Source: Diplonema japonicum
Lineage: Eukaryota; Protista; Euglenozoa: Diplonemea
DNA length: 64,000 nt
Assembly (NCBI GenBank): GCA_964019335.1
Contig: OZ025690.1
Coordinates: 1-64,000, forward strand
Direction: 5' to 3'
Shown here: in pieces, positions 33,638-43,564 of the stretch
Layout of the letters: each line of letters starts with the position of its first letter
Position numbering within the stretch: position 1 is the first letter of the stretch
Program-made: the position numbers and the translations under genes
Notes under the pieces: generated by a model
What the model was told of the DNA's origin: nothing
The model's database searches: none
What the model saw: only the letters and a program-made list of their open reading frames with translations

Positions 33638-35944
33638 TCAGTTTTCGAGCCTTTCGTAATATTTCTTAAAAGCATTGAAGTGATCCGAAGCGTGCCTGAT
33701 CCAGTTGAAATCGTCCCCACGCTTGCCAAGAGCGGTGTTTGTGGTAATATTCTCAAGCTGGCCGTCGAAGGAAGCGTGGATAAGATTGCTGTAAACATTG
33801 AGGATACAAGCTATGGGGACGAAGGCGTTGCAGTCATCGACAAAATCGTTGATATGCTGCTCCTTCTCCGCCTCGGGCATCCCGTCGCAAAACACCCCCA
33901 TCCTGTCCAAGTAAGCAGTGACAACCGTGCGAAGAAGATGGGGAACCTCATCGAGAGTGAGGTTGACCTCTTTCCTCTGAATCTGAATCTCCAAACTTGA
34001 GATCAACTTCGCAAAATCATACACCGCCAGGCTAGGCCCACACCACTCAATGTCGATAAGTGTCACGAGTGTTGGGTTTTCATTATCATTGACAATTGCG
34101 TTGCTGAGGTTGACGTCGAAGTGGCTGAAGACGATCTGCGTACTGAACCTAGACTTCAATCTCCCCAGTACTACCTTCTTCACCTCCTCGATGTCCTTCC
34201 TTTTGATAAACTCCGAATAGAACCCCGACCACACGTCGCTGTGCTTCAGTTCCGACCTCTCTGCGCTGATTAGTGCACACCTCCTCCACACCTCAAGCAG
34301 TGTGAAGCACAATGGCACGCCCTCCAACTTCTGGAAATGGTAGTCCACAATCGTGTCCTTGAAGTCTTTGTCCTTAATGACGTTGTGGAATCTTGCGATG
34401 ATATCCCCCAAGCACCTGAACATGGCCGTGCTGTCTGTGTTCTTCTTGTTCAACGCCTTCAACAATGTCATCCCGCTGACCCATTGTTCGATCCGCCCGA
34501 GGTACCTCTCGCACCCGTAATATGACGCGTTGATGTCGTGGTACTGAACGGGGCCCAGCCCAGCCCTGAAGAGCCCTTTTGCCACATTTCCGATGAAGTT
34601 GATCTCATCATGTATTATTCTGCGTGGCTTCTCCCAGTTGTAGAAGGTTACGAGCGCTTTACGGAGCTCCATGTCCTTGCGGACGCCTTTGTTGAATTTC
34701 ACTTGGAAGATCCTGCTGTCCACGAGCCTGCGTACCACCAGCTCATCGGGCTGCACGTTGTTCGCCTTCCATGCGTCCAGCTTCCCGATGCAGTACGACT
34801 TCAGCGCATGGTCGTTCCTGTTCAGCTGTGCGATGTCAAGCTTCAGTCCGTGCCTGATGCCGTGTCTTATGAAGAGCTTGTTCATGTGGAAAAGGTATTT
34901 ATCAACACCCTTGAAGCCGGGCAGCACGTTGGCATCGACGACGTAGTGCGTCTTCGTGTTCTTGTCTACCAGCACATCGAAGCCGAAGAGCTCGACGTTC
35001 CACTCCAACTCCATCGCCAGCTTGAAGATGTTCACCGTGTTGAAGTCCAGATCGCTGGACTCCTCCTTCATGTGCTCGACGAGGCGTTTGCACTCCACCC
35101 TGCCGGCCCTGTTCGTGATGACGTCGGAGAAGAAGGTGATGTACGCGTTGCACTTCTCGCTGGTTTCGTACTCAACGTAGCTTCCCTTAATCTCCTCGGC
35201 ATAGGCCTTCAGGGTGTCGGTGTCGGTCGACTCAAGATCTGGAAGGGACGGCCTTCCTCCTACGAAGATGTGTTGCGCGATGACGTAGATTTTGTAGACA
35301 ACACCCGAGTGCGGGACGTACTGCTCAAGAGAGAACTCGTCACAAGGTGCGGCTTCGGTGAAGGCACGCAGGCCATCTTTGTTGAATACGACGCCCATCT
35401 GTTTGACAGCAGTGGACTTGGGCTTCACGACGATTGGGAAGGGCGGGAGGTCTGCAGAGGGAAGCTGTTCACCTTTCTTGCAGCAGGTCCACTTCGGGGA
35501 CTCGCACCCGCAGCCGTTGTTGTTCACGACCCTCACAACAGCGGCAAGCCTCTTCAGGAAGGCTACCATGTTGTACCTGTCGACAAGCACCCTCTCACAC
35601 GCCAGTGGTATGAGGTTCAGTTTGTTGAACTCGTCTTTGTACTTGCTCCTCATCATTTCGTCGTAGTTGCCTAGACATGCGTCGTGCATCGGGTCACCAC
35701 GGCTGCCCAGCGCCTTGTGAAGCTTGCTGATGATGATATCCGGCTTTGTGTCCATTTCGTCTAGCTGTTCCACCAGGTCGTTCTTGATGTCGAGAGCAAC
35801 CACGTTGACCTGTCCCTCTAGCTCTTGCTCCTTGTCCTTATACTCCTGCGACAGCATCAGCTTTCTGTTTTTATCAACAGCAAAGCAGGTTGCGAGTTGC
35901 AACTTCCTATTCCTGCCAAATGTGAATTCATAATCTGCCGTCAT
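33638..35944 (-). CDS. Fusion of inositol-tetrakisphosphate 1-kinase (ITPK1 ATP-grasp) and choline/ethanolamine kinase-like domain
   Basis: N half: PDIIISKL, FPIVVKP, QYVPHSGVVYKIYVI, RPSLPD, LFGFDVLV, VVDANVLPGFKGV. C half: GLGP, GRIEQWVSG, VFSHFDVNLSN, LIDIEWCG...YDFA. Confidence 0.88.
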   Translation of the reverse strand: MTADYEFTFGRNRKLQLATCFAVDKNRKLMLSQEYKDKEQELEGQVNVVALDIKNDLVEQLDEMDTKPDIIISKLHKALGSRGDPMHDACLGNYDEMMRSKYKDEFNKLNLIPLACERVLVDRYNMVAFLKRLAAVVRVVNNNGCGCESPKWTCCKKGEQLPSADLPPFPIVVKPKSTAVKQMGVVFNKDGLRAFTEAAPCDEFSLEQYVPHSGVVYKIYVIAQHIFVGGRPSLPDLESTDTDTLKAYAEEIKGSYVEYETSEKCNAYITFFSDVITNRAGRVECKRLVEHMKEESSDLDFNTVNIFKLAMELEWNVELFGFDVLVDKNTKTHYVVDANVLPGFKGVDKYLFHMNKLFIRHGIRHGLKLDIAQLNRNDHALKSYCIGKLDAWKANNVQPDELVVRRLVDSRIFQVKFNKGVRKDMELRKALVTFYNWEKPRRIIHDEINFIGNVAKGLFRAGLGPVQYHDINASYYGCERYLGRIEQWVSGMTLLKALNKKNTDSTAMFRCLGDIIARFHNVIKDKDFKDTIVDYHFQKLEGVPLCFTLLEVWRRCALISAERSELKHSDVWSGFYSEFIKRKDIEEVKKVVLGRLKSRFSTQIVFSHFDVNLSNAIVNDNENPTLVTLIDIEWCGPSLAVYDFAKLISSLEIQIQRKEVNLTLDEVPHLLRTVVTAYLDRMGVFCDGMPEAEKEQHINDFVDDCNAFVPIACILNVYSNLIHASFDGQLENITTNTALGKRGDDFNWIRHASDHFNAFKKYYERLEN

Positions 35945-36453
35945 TTTTTCGTTTTAAAAGTTTTTTTTTTAGTTAGTCTTTTGAAGGGGGGAAGGGGGTC
36001 CGGAGAGGAAAAAGTGGGAGAAATAAATTGTGAGCACCCCAATCCTGTGTTTGAAAAAAAAAAAAAATCACTGAGGAAACGAAGTGGTTAACAACGGTGG
36101 CTTGCCTCCTTATGACCCTTTGGGTCGTTCCCTGCTTCCCACCGTAGGTAGCTGACGTTTGTAGCATCTAATTTCTTTTTCTCAATATTCTCAGCTTGGC
36201 TGCTGTCATCCTCGACACAAACAGGGCCTCAATCAAAGCCAACGACGTGGACAGACGTTCCCTCCTCCGCTTGGCCCGAAAGTGAGTCACAGTGCTGCGA
36301 TAAAGAAAGGGGAAAAATATTATACAGGGCCAATGCCCATTTGCTATAAACAATAAATACTTCAGAACAGAATGATTCACAAACCTGTAAAGGCAGTAAA
36401 AACCCACCTTGAAAGGAGGAGACAAAAGCCGTAAGGGTCAACAAAAAGCTTAC

Positions 36454-38913
36454 TCAATCCGTTATCCATCCCACTGTACAGTAAAGGCAAATTTCAGAGA
36501 GAACCTCTCGAAGGATTAGGTTCATGGAGGGAATAACAGGGAGAGTGTAGGAGGTTTGTTCCATATCTGGTGACATGACGATCACAGTGAGAAGGTTTGA
36601 GTTAAAGAGGATCTGGTTGACCGGTGCAGAACCGTCCTCTTGAACAAGGCTCATGTTCTTTTTGGCATTTATAAATAATGACATTGTTTCGCGCAGGGGG
36701 CGTTTCATCGAACTTTCGTCGGAAACATTTGAGTGTGCATTTGATGGATTTGAGTATGCGTGTTGATACGAGGATGTGGTCGAAGACTCAAAAGATTCTT
36801 TTGTCAATTCGTGAAGTTCAACCACATCCAAGTTGATGCTGACACCAACACCAAGCTTCAAGCAGCTATCTATCACAAACGGCACTATTCGACTCCTCGA
36901 CAGCACCACCTTGACGTTCATCATTTGGTCGTTCGGCACCGTCCCCAACACTACTTCCATAGTCCTCATTGACAACTCGCACTTCGTCACGGTGCACTTT
37001 GTGTCGTCATTCACAATTAGCATGTTGCGCAGCGTCACCAGGTTGCCCATTGCGTCCAGGAAGCTGTTCATCTCGTACTTGATGCCCCGCTTTGCAAGGA
37101 ACACCGAAACATGCTTCAGAACAAGGTTCAGCGATTCTTGCTTTAATTGTATGGTCGGCTGGTGGCTCGATGACCTTGGGATGAAGCAGGTGTTCGCGTT
37201 GTCATAGTACAGCATCTTAAGGTCGTAGGCCACATCATCCCTGACAACCTCCGTAGCTAAGGTCCCCTCGCGATCCCTGATCAACCACAGATTGTCCTTC
37301 GTGTCGAGGAGTGCCAGACCTTGCGGAATGAGCGCCGTGTTAACGTCAAGTATGTGCAGCAAGGCCTCCCAGACGTTATCTTCAGCAGGGAGCACATCCA
37401 CAACACCAATAGATATGACCAATGTGTTCATGTTAAATGTAATGTAGTCCGCCTTCTGCGTGACACCGTCAGTGCATGCGTACAAGCTGCTTTCTTCAAT
37501 CCTGAGCAACACCTTTTCCCCATTCACCCCTAAAATACAGCAGTGATAAAAGGGCACATCTGGGTGGATATGATGCACGTGTGCAGAGATGTCAGCAGGG
37601 TACTCGATATCCAGCTGCCTGTCGCCCATCATGCACTTGCCGGAATACTCATTAAACACGATATACTGCTCCGTTCTGTCTTCGCTGGTTATAACTATCT
37701 TGTTGTCATGCGTCACCACGTAGCTCAAAATATTCTGATTGTCCTCCTTAATGGCATAGCTGAACGGGCAATGCACAATGAAGCAGAAGGACTTGAGGTA
37801 CGGCACAAAAGATTCGGAAATGCTGATGGAGATCTCCCTCCCGTTACCCGTCAGGCAGCGCAGCTGGCTGGAAGGGAGAATCATCACGGAGGCGAATTCT
37901 CCTAACTTTGCGGTGTTCTTGTGTATGGATATCTGCCCCCTCCCAGTTTTGATGAACCACCACCGTGTCGTGTCTTCACTATACTTCACGTGCGGTGTGC
38001 GCATATTATGTAACACGATCAGAAGCTCCTCGTATTGCTCCGGCGTGCATGAGCACACTGCGAAGTTGATTATCGTCTTCTCAAGCATAGGGTCATACAA
38101 GAAAACGCTGATAGGCTCCCCGTTACAAAAGTAGCCGCTGTCGGACTTAGTAATCCTTGTTGCCTGTAGGATGACGGTGTGGTGTATCGTGGTGCTGCAC
38201 AAGCTTTGAAGGAGCTCAAGCTTCTGTTTAGTTTCGCAAACCATTGGTATTCGCCTGAGATCATTGAATGTTATTGTTGCCGTTTCCAAGTTTAGAGTAA
38301 GTTCCCTGCACTGAGATCTGGGCTTGTTGTTCGACAGGTCCCACACTTGAACCTCTCGCTGCATGAACTGCAAGTACACAGAGCCCAGATTCATGAGGTG
38401 TCCTTCCCCGTTGAGCTTCTCAAACAGCTTTCGGTATACTTTTACCTTCGACACCGCCTGACGCCAACAGCACTGTATCTTGATAGCAGCATTCTGCTTC
38501 CTTTTTTCTTCCTTGCGTTGTTCCTCCTCGACCCTCAAGCTCATCTTTCCATGTACACGGAGTTTCGCCAGCGCGGCGTATGCGAAGCTCTGGATCACAC
38601 CCGATGCTGCGTCGTTCCTCTTGACCTGCACCCTGTCTATATGTAGCTGGAGCAAGGACTGCTGTGAAACCTCTAAGCTCCCGCTCAAGTCCAATACAAC
38701 AGATTCTAGCTCCCCGATCACCTCCTGCTGCTTTAATATCTGTGTCTTTAGCTCCTTGATAATTGTGTACAAAACTTCTTGTTCCGTTCCTGTCCGAGGT
38801 CCAGGGCCCACCCCTGACCGCACCCATTGCGTGAGCCTTTGCGTCTTTCTTTTGTATTCATGTAAGTCGGCATAAGAAGGCCGTGGGTGCGCCGGAGGCC
38901 CTGGTTTAATCAT
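36454..38913 (-). CDS. Hypothetical protein with coiled coil and IQ calmodulin-binding motifs
   Basis: Long ORF; AAIKIQCCWRQ and VIQSFAYAALAK. A further 3' exon is possible near 36229-36295. Confidence 0.7.
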   Translation of the reverse strand: MIKPGPPAHPRPSYADLHEYKRKTQRLTQWVRSGVGPGPRTGTEQEVLYTIIKELKTQILKQQEVIGELESVVLDLSGSLEVSQQSLLQLHIDRVQVKRNDAASGVIQSFAYAALAKLRVHGKMSLRVEEEQRKEEKRKQNAAIKIQCCWRQAVSKVKVYRKLFEKLNGEGHLMNLGSVYLQFMQREVQVWDLSNNKPRSQCRELTLNLETATITFNDLRRIPMVCETKQKLELLQSLCSTTIHHTVILQATRITKSDSGYFCNGEPISVFLYDPMLEKTIINFAVCSCTPEQYEELLIVLHNMRTPHVKYSEDTTRWWFIKTGRGQISIHKNTAKLGEFASVMILPSSQLRCLTGNGREISISISESFVPYLKSFCFIVHCPFSYAIKEDNQNILSYVVTHDNKIVITSEDRTEQYIVFNEYSGKCMMGDRQLDIEYPADISAHVHHIHPDVPFYHCCILGVNGEKVLLRIEESSLYACTDGVTQKADYITFNMNTLVISIGVVDVLPAEDNVWEALLHILDVNTALIPQGLALLDTKDNLWLIRDREGTLATEVVRDDVAYDLKMLYYDNANTCFIPRSSSHQPTIQLKQESLNLVLKHVSVFLAKRGIKYEMNSFLDAMGNLVTLRNMLIVNDDTKCTVTKCELSMRTMEVVLGTVPNDQMMNVKVVLSRSRIVPFVIDSCLKLGVGVSINLDVVELHELTKESFESSTTSSYQHAYSNPSNAHSNVSDESSMKRPLRETMSLFINAKKNMSLVQEDGSAPVNQILFNSNLLTVIVMSPDMEQTSYTLPVIPSMNLILREVLSEICLYCTVGWITD

Positions 38914-39402
38914 CCTGTGGGGGGTTAAAAAAGGGGGCAATATACGTAAAAGATAAATAAACTCACGGAAGGTGGGCTTCGCAAAGGAGAGAAACAGGGG
39001 GGGGGGGGGGGGGGGTATTCTGCGTGTGCACACCATATGCAAGTTTTCTCAACCCACTAAACGTAGCGTAGTAGTTTAGGGGTATAACCTTTGAAACTAA
39101 GCATGGGCCATCAGGAGGCCACGCTCTTTGGGGCTGGTGCGGCTGCTTCCGCAGTTGAGTGTGAAGGGTGACTTTTTAACCATATGTTCGACCCCAGGCA
39201 CCTTCGTCAGCTCAGTCCCGCTGATTGTCATCGGGAATTCACTGCAGTAGGTTCTGGTTTGCTTAAGCAAATCCTGTTTTCCCTGAGCCGTGAGAATTAT
39301 GCTGGTTAGGGGTATATTAAGGCGGGGAGCCATTCGAAGAAAGTCTAGCATCCACCAAAGTATAAAACATCCACCAAAATATTAAAAAAAAAACAACGCT
39401 AC

Positions 39403-40518
39403 TTATGGGGCAGCGCCGTTCAGCACACAGCCGTGCTTCCTAGCGTACGCCTGCAGGTCGTGGACGAAGGGCGTCATTTCAGATGAAGACATGAAGCTGG
39501 AAGAGAAGGAATTCCTGGCTAGCTCGACCAATTCTTGTTTAGAAAGCGAAGAGTGTTCTTGAGCGTACTTGAAGTTAGCGTTGAGGTACCCACGGAAGTA
39601 GGCAGGGTCGTCGGAGTTGATGGTGACCCTGGCGCCAGAATCGACGAGACGCCTGACGATGTTGGTTTCGTTGTTGAAGAAACGTGCGTTGACCTTCAGC
39701 ATAACGTTGGAGAGGGGACACGTCGTGAGAGGGATGTTGTCACGAACAAGCCTCTGCAACACGTCAGTGTCGAGCAGTGAGAGCACACCATGGTCCACAC
39801 GTTCGATTCCAAGTGCTAGGGCCTCTGTGATGTAAGGAACAGGCATCCCTTCCTCACCACAGTGCGACACAAGACGCACTTCAAGCATTTTTTTCGCTTC
39901 ATCAAAAACGCTTTGAAACACGCTGGGCTTTGTGCTGATCTCAGCATTTGACATGCCAAGACCGATGAAGTGGTCCTTCAAGGGTTCCAACAACTGCAGG
40001 GTGGTAAAAGCGCTGGGGAGGCCTGAGAAATTACCGAGAGGTGTCCGGTCGTCGGTGTCACTTACCTTCCAGTCGCGGAGGATGCTAGGGATGAGCCTCC
40101 CTTTGAAGGTAGCAGCGTTGTCAGAAAGTGCCTCAGAGAGGCCTAGTACAATGTCTTCGATTGTTACGCCACGCTCGAGATGGCTTTGGGGGTCGAAAAA
40201 AATCTCGGAGTACCTGATGTTGTTCTCCTTTGCGCGGGTTATGTACAACACCATCAGGTCATAGAAATCCTGCTTCTTCCTCAACACCCCTGATGCGGTG
40301 TTGTACAGGTTCAGAAAATCGCTCAGGTCCTCGTAATTCTCCCTCTTGAGTAATATCTCTTTTATCGCATCTTCCTTCCCGCTCCAACCACCTTCCTCCA
40401 AGACCCCCGCCAGCATCCCATTTCGTTCCGCAATGTCCATCATCAGTTGTGGCTCCAAACACCCTTCAATGTGAACATGCAGTTCGGCTTTTGGTAGACC
40501 TTCTATAAAAGCATCCAT
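39403..40518 (-). CDS. Adenosine/adenine deaminase
   Basis: LPKAELHVHIEG, EIFFDPQSH, SHCGEEG, ERVDHGV, LTTCPLSN, TINSDDPAYF. Confidence 0.95.
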   Translation of the reverse strand: MDAFIEGLPKAELHVHIEGCLEPQLMMDIAERNGMLAGVLEEGGWSGKEDAIKEILLKRENYEDLSDFLNLYNTASGVLRKKQDFYDLMVLYITRAKENNIRYSEIFFDPQSHLERGVTIEDIVLGLSEALSDNAATFKGRLIPSILRDWKVSDTDDRTPLGNFSGLPSAFTTLQLLEPLKDHFIGLGMSNAEISTKPSVFQSVFDEAKKMLEVRLVSHCGEEGMPVPYITEALALGIERVDHGVLSLLDTDVLQRLVRDNIPLTTCPLSNVMLKVNARFFNNETNIVRRLVDSGARVTINSDDPAYFRGYLNANFKYAQEHSSLSKQELVELARNSFSSSFMSSSEMTPFVHDLQAYARKHGCVLNGAAP

Positions 40519-41053
40519 TTTCTTTTCTTATTTTCTTTTGTCTCTGCACTTTTTTATTCTACGCGGTTGGCAAGAAAAGAAAATGGAAGAGAAAAAAAAA
40601 AGGGAGAGGGGAAGAAAGAGGACAAAAAAAAAAACAACAATAAAAAAGCTTGGTAAGGTATTACTAAGAGGGAACAAAAAAAAGGGGGGAGGGGGGAATT
40701 TCATAACTCCTTTTTTTTTTAAATGAAGAAAATATAAGGTCTGAGGATGTGTGCACCCCTCCTCTTCAAAACACCCCGCCCACCCCCGTAACATCTAATA
40801 AATAGTGGTGGGGACTCAAAGCGACTTTCAAAAAAGTCAAATAAGAGGAAAGCAAAAGGGAGGGGGAACAAAAAGGGAGGGGAGGGGGGAACAATTGTGG
40901 TTCATAAAAAAATATACGTTGGGCGGTGGTATCACATAACTGAATGGTGTTTCTTTCTATTCTCCCCCCTTTTTTTTCATTCATCTACTCTATGTGCTTT
41001 TATTCTCTAATACTTTAGTCGTATAGAGTTTAGTTAGTTTTCACGCTTTGTCC

Positions 41054-43429
41054 TCACCCTCCATTTCCTCTGCGTCTGTCAGAAATAAAATATTGTATGC
41101 CCCCCTTCTTCATACCATCCGTGCCAGGGTATTTCATACCCAAAGACTGTGGTCCGTACATCCAGAACGCGAAGGCCACCCTTGGCTGGTTCATGGGCAA
41201 AACCTCGTGGTAAGTGTGCGACTGGAAAATGGCAAGCGAGTTGGCTCTGGGAAGGAATTTCTCAGATTTCGAGAACATTTCAGCGTTCTTGCGCTCTTTC
41301 TCCTGCGGGCTATCGGTAGTGCGGGGCATCAGCCTGGGATCCCTTGAGCGCGGGTATAAAACGAATTCTCTGTTTTTTTTTTTTTTTTTTTTGTCCCTAA
41401 CCCATTTTCCATACCCTCCGTACTCTTCTTTCCAGTCTTCGTTGCAGTAGTACGTGGCCGTGATGCGCCTCCTCTCAGGTTCCTTCGTCCCCAGCCTTAC
41501 GTCTCTGTGTCTTACGTAGCCCTTGTTGTCGCCAGGGTACCTTGCGAGCTGGATGGACGTGCGGTACAATGGTTTCTCTAGCAAGTAGGCCAGAGCCTTC
41601 CTAAGCCTGTGCAGCTTGCACAGGAGCACGTCTATGCCATCGGGCACAGTGTTGTCGTAGCCATCGAACGACTTTTGCTTCGGCATCCATCTGATGTGGT
41701 CGCCCCTGAGCGTCCCGTCGCGCTTGCGGTTGTCTCCTTGTCCTGTCCCACCCACGATCATCTTCTCCTCCTCTGTGCACATGGCAACGGCGTCCCTGCA
41801 TGCCATCTTGGCGCCCTCCGGGTCGAGGAAGTTCTGCGTCGTCCACATGCCCCCCTCGCTCCTCAGTGCTTCGATGATTTCCGCTGCTAATTTCAGCTCC
41901 TCGGTGTCAGCCGCCACGGGGCCCCTTACAGGGCCGCAGTACAATTTCATGGCGTTAGGAGGAAATTTCAGCTTCTTGCCGCATTTGAACAAAACGGACA
42001 CACACCTCGAGGGGTGCGTCGCAGTCACCACACCTACCTGGCCCAGCATCCCTTTGTGCTCGGCTGTGTAGCAATTCGTCTTCCATTTCGCGCATGCCTC
42101 TCTCAGCTCCTTGTCTGTGCCCTCTAGCGCAACGACTGCGCTCTTTCTGAAGTATCCCGCACCTGGTGTTCTGTTTTTGTTCATCTTAACATGCGGCGCG
42201 ATCTTCAAGGGCTCCTCGTCGCTGTTCTCGCTGGCGTTTGTCGACTCGGGCTTCTCACCCCTTGCCTTGAGCACCTTCTTCCTGTTCTTCCTTGCCGAGG
42301 TGCGCTCCTCACTGTCGACGTCCCGTTCGCTCCCGCTACTTTCCAGCTCAAGGACTTCAGGGCGATCGGCACCAGGGGCCACCTCAGGGGGGTCCTCTGC
42401 AATGTCGAGCTCGTCTGGCAGTAGGCCGCCTTCGGCAATGTCGGGGAGGGACTCGTCATCGTCGGGGAGGGCTTCGTCGCCACAGAGCTTTCTCAACGCG
42501 TCGCTGTTTCGAACGGCCCACAGCTGGCGAATCTCAACTTGGAGCTCCTCGCTTGCTGCGTTAAAGCCTTCGGCAAGAGTTGGGTTCGAGGCCAGGATCA
42601 TGTCGAAAGGGAGCGACATCAAAGTCTCGTCATCAAACTCCGAATCAGTCCATTCTTCTATGGCATTCGTTTGACCATGCCCCTGGCACATCCCTTGCCC
42701 ATGGCTATGCCCGTGACTATGCCCGTGACTATGGCTGTGACTGTGGCTGTGACTATGGCTATGGCTGTGATTGTGGCTGTGATTGTGGCTGTGGCCTTGC
42801 TGTGCCTCGTTCCTCAGCGCCATCACGTCACCCCACCCTACCATGTCTGGCGCCTCATCACTGTCGATTTCCATAACCTTCGGCTTGCGTGTCTGCAAGG
42901 CCTCCTTCAGTGCCTTCCTCAGCTCTTCTTCCTCTTCTGCCCTCACCTTTGCTTCCTCCTGTGCCTTCTCTTCCTCTTCCTTCGCCTTCATGATGTTTTC
43001 CGTCCGCCTTTGCACCTCCTTCATTTCATCGTTATATGCCTCCCATCCGGCCAACTTGTGCCCCTTTGACATCTGAGACTTTTCTTCAGGGGGGTTGTCA
43101 GCACCAGTGCCCAGCTCGGGTCGCGGCGGGAGGGGGTCGTTTTTGTAGACTTCGGGAAAAGGGTTAATGGCGGACATGGGCTTGACGCTGAAGTCGCAGT
43201 CTTCTACAGCAGGCTCCTTGAACATAGGGGCTGCACCAGAGGGCTTTGCTGTGGGAGCTCCAATGTTGTTCTTCCCTGCCCACGCCACACGCGGGACAGC
43301 ATTCTCCTTTTCATCTTCGCGTGCAACCTTTCGCTGAACCTTATCGCTCCCATTTTCTTTGTCTTTCTTGTCGCCCTTCTCGTCCCACCATCCACCCAGC
43401 CACCACGGGCTGTCAACACGACCAGACAT
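41054..43429 (-). CDS. PHD/EGLN-like 2OG-Fe(II) prolyl hydroxylase domain protein with His-rich tract
   Basis: RGDHIRW, QLARYPG..KGYVRHRD, RITATYYCNEDW...GG, HEVLP...RVAFAFW. In-frame intron 41370-41414. Confidence 0.88.
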   Translation of the reverse strand: MSGRVDSPWWLGGWWDEKGDKKDKENGSDKVQRKVAREDEKENAVPRVAWAGKNNIGAPTAKPSGAAPMFKEPAVEDCDFSVKPMSAINPFPEVYKNDPLPPRPELGTGADNPPEEKSQMSKGHKLAGWEAYNDEMKEVQRRTENIMKAKEEEEKAQEEAKVRAEEEEELRKALKEALQTRKPKVMEIDSDEAPDMVGWGDVMALRNEAQQGHSHNHSHNHSHSHSHSHSHSHSHGHSHGHSHGQGMCQGHGQTNAIEEWTDSEFDDETLMSLPFDMILASNPTLAEGFNAASEELQVEIRQLWAVRNSDALRKLCGDEALPDDDESLPDIAEGGLLPDELDIAEDPPEVAPGADRPEVLELESSGSERDVDSEERTSARKNRKKVLKARGEKPESTNASENSDEEPLKIAPHVKMNKNRTPGAGYFRKSAVVALEGTDKELREACAKWKTNCYTAEHKGMLGQVGVVTATHPSRCVSVLFKCGKKLKFPPNAMKLYCGPVRGPVAADTEELKLAAEIIEALRSEGGMWTTQNFLDPEGAKMACRDAVAMCTEEEKMIVGGTGQGDNRKRDGTLRGDHIRWMPKQKSFDGYDNTVPDGIDVLLCKLHRLRKALAYLLEKPLYRTSIQLARYPGDNKGYVRHRDVRLGTKEPERRRITATYYCNEDWKEEYGGYGKWVRDKKKKKKNREFVLYPRSRDPRLMPRTTDSPQEKERKNAEMFSKSEKFLPRANSLAIFQSHTYHEVLPMNQPRVAFAFWMYGPQSLGMKYPGTDGMKKGGIQYFISDRRRGNGG

Positions 43430-43564
43430 CTTCTCTGTTTGTTGTGGGAGACGAAAAAAATGACAAAAGCAATAACGAACGCTACTCGGACGTATCTAAA
43501 GGCCAAGGCGGTGATTGTTACAGAAATCTAAAAGCAACTCGCAAGGTCTAGCAAGCTGGAAGGT

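Noticed and set aside
34538-35674. Long plus-strand ORFs, including this 378-aa one and 5525-6319 and 46337-47353
   Set aside because: Antisense shadows of GC3-rich minus-strand genes with no recognisable motifs.
39097-39351. 84-aa minus-strand ORF, and similar short ORFs at 22160-22560 and 54086-54530
   Set aside because: They may be small genes or UTRs, but there is no motif or convincing exon chain to support a call.
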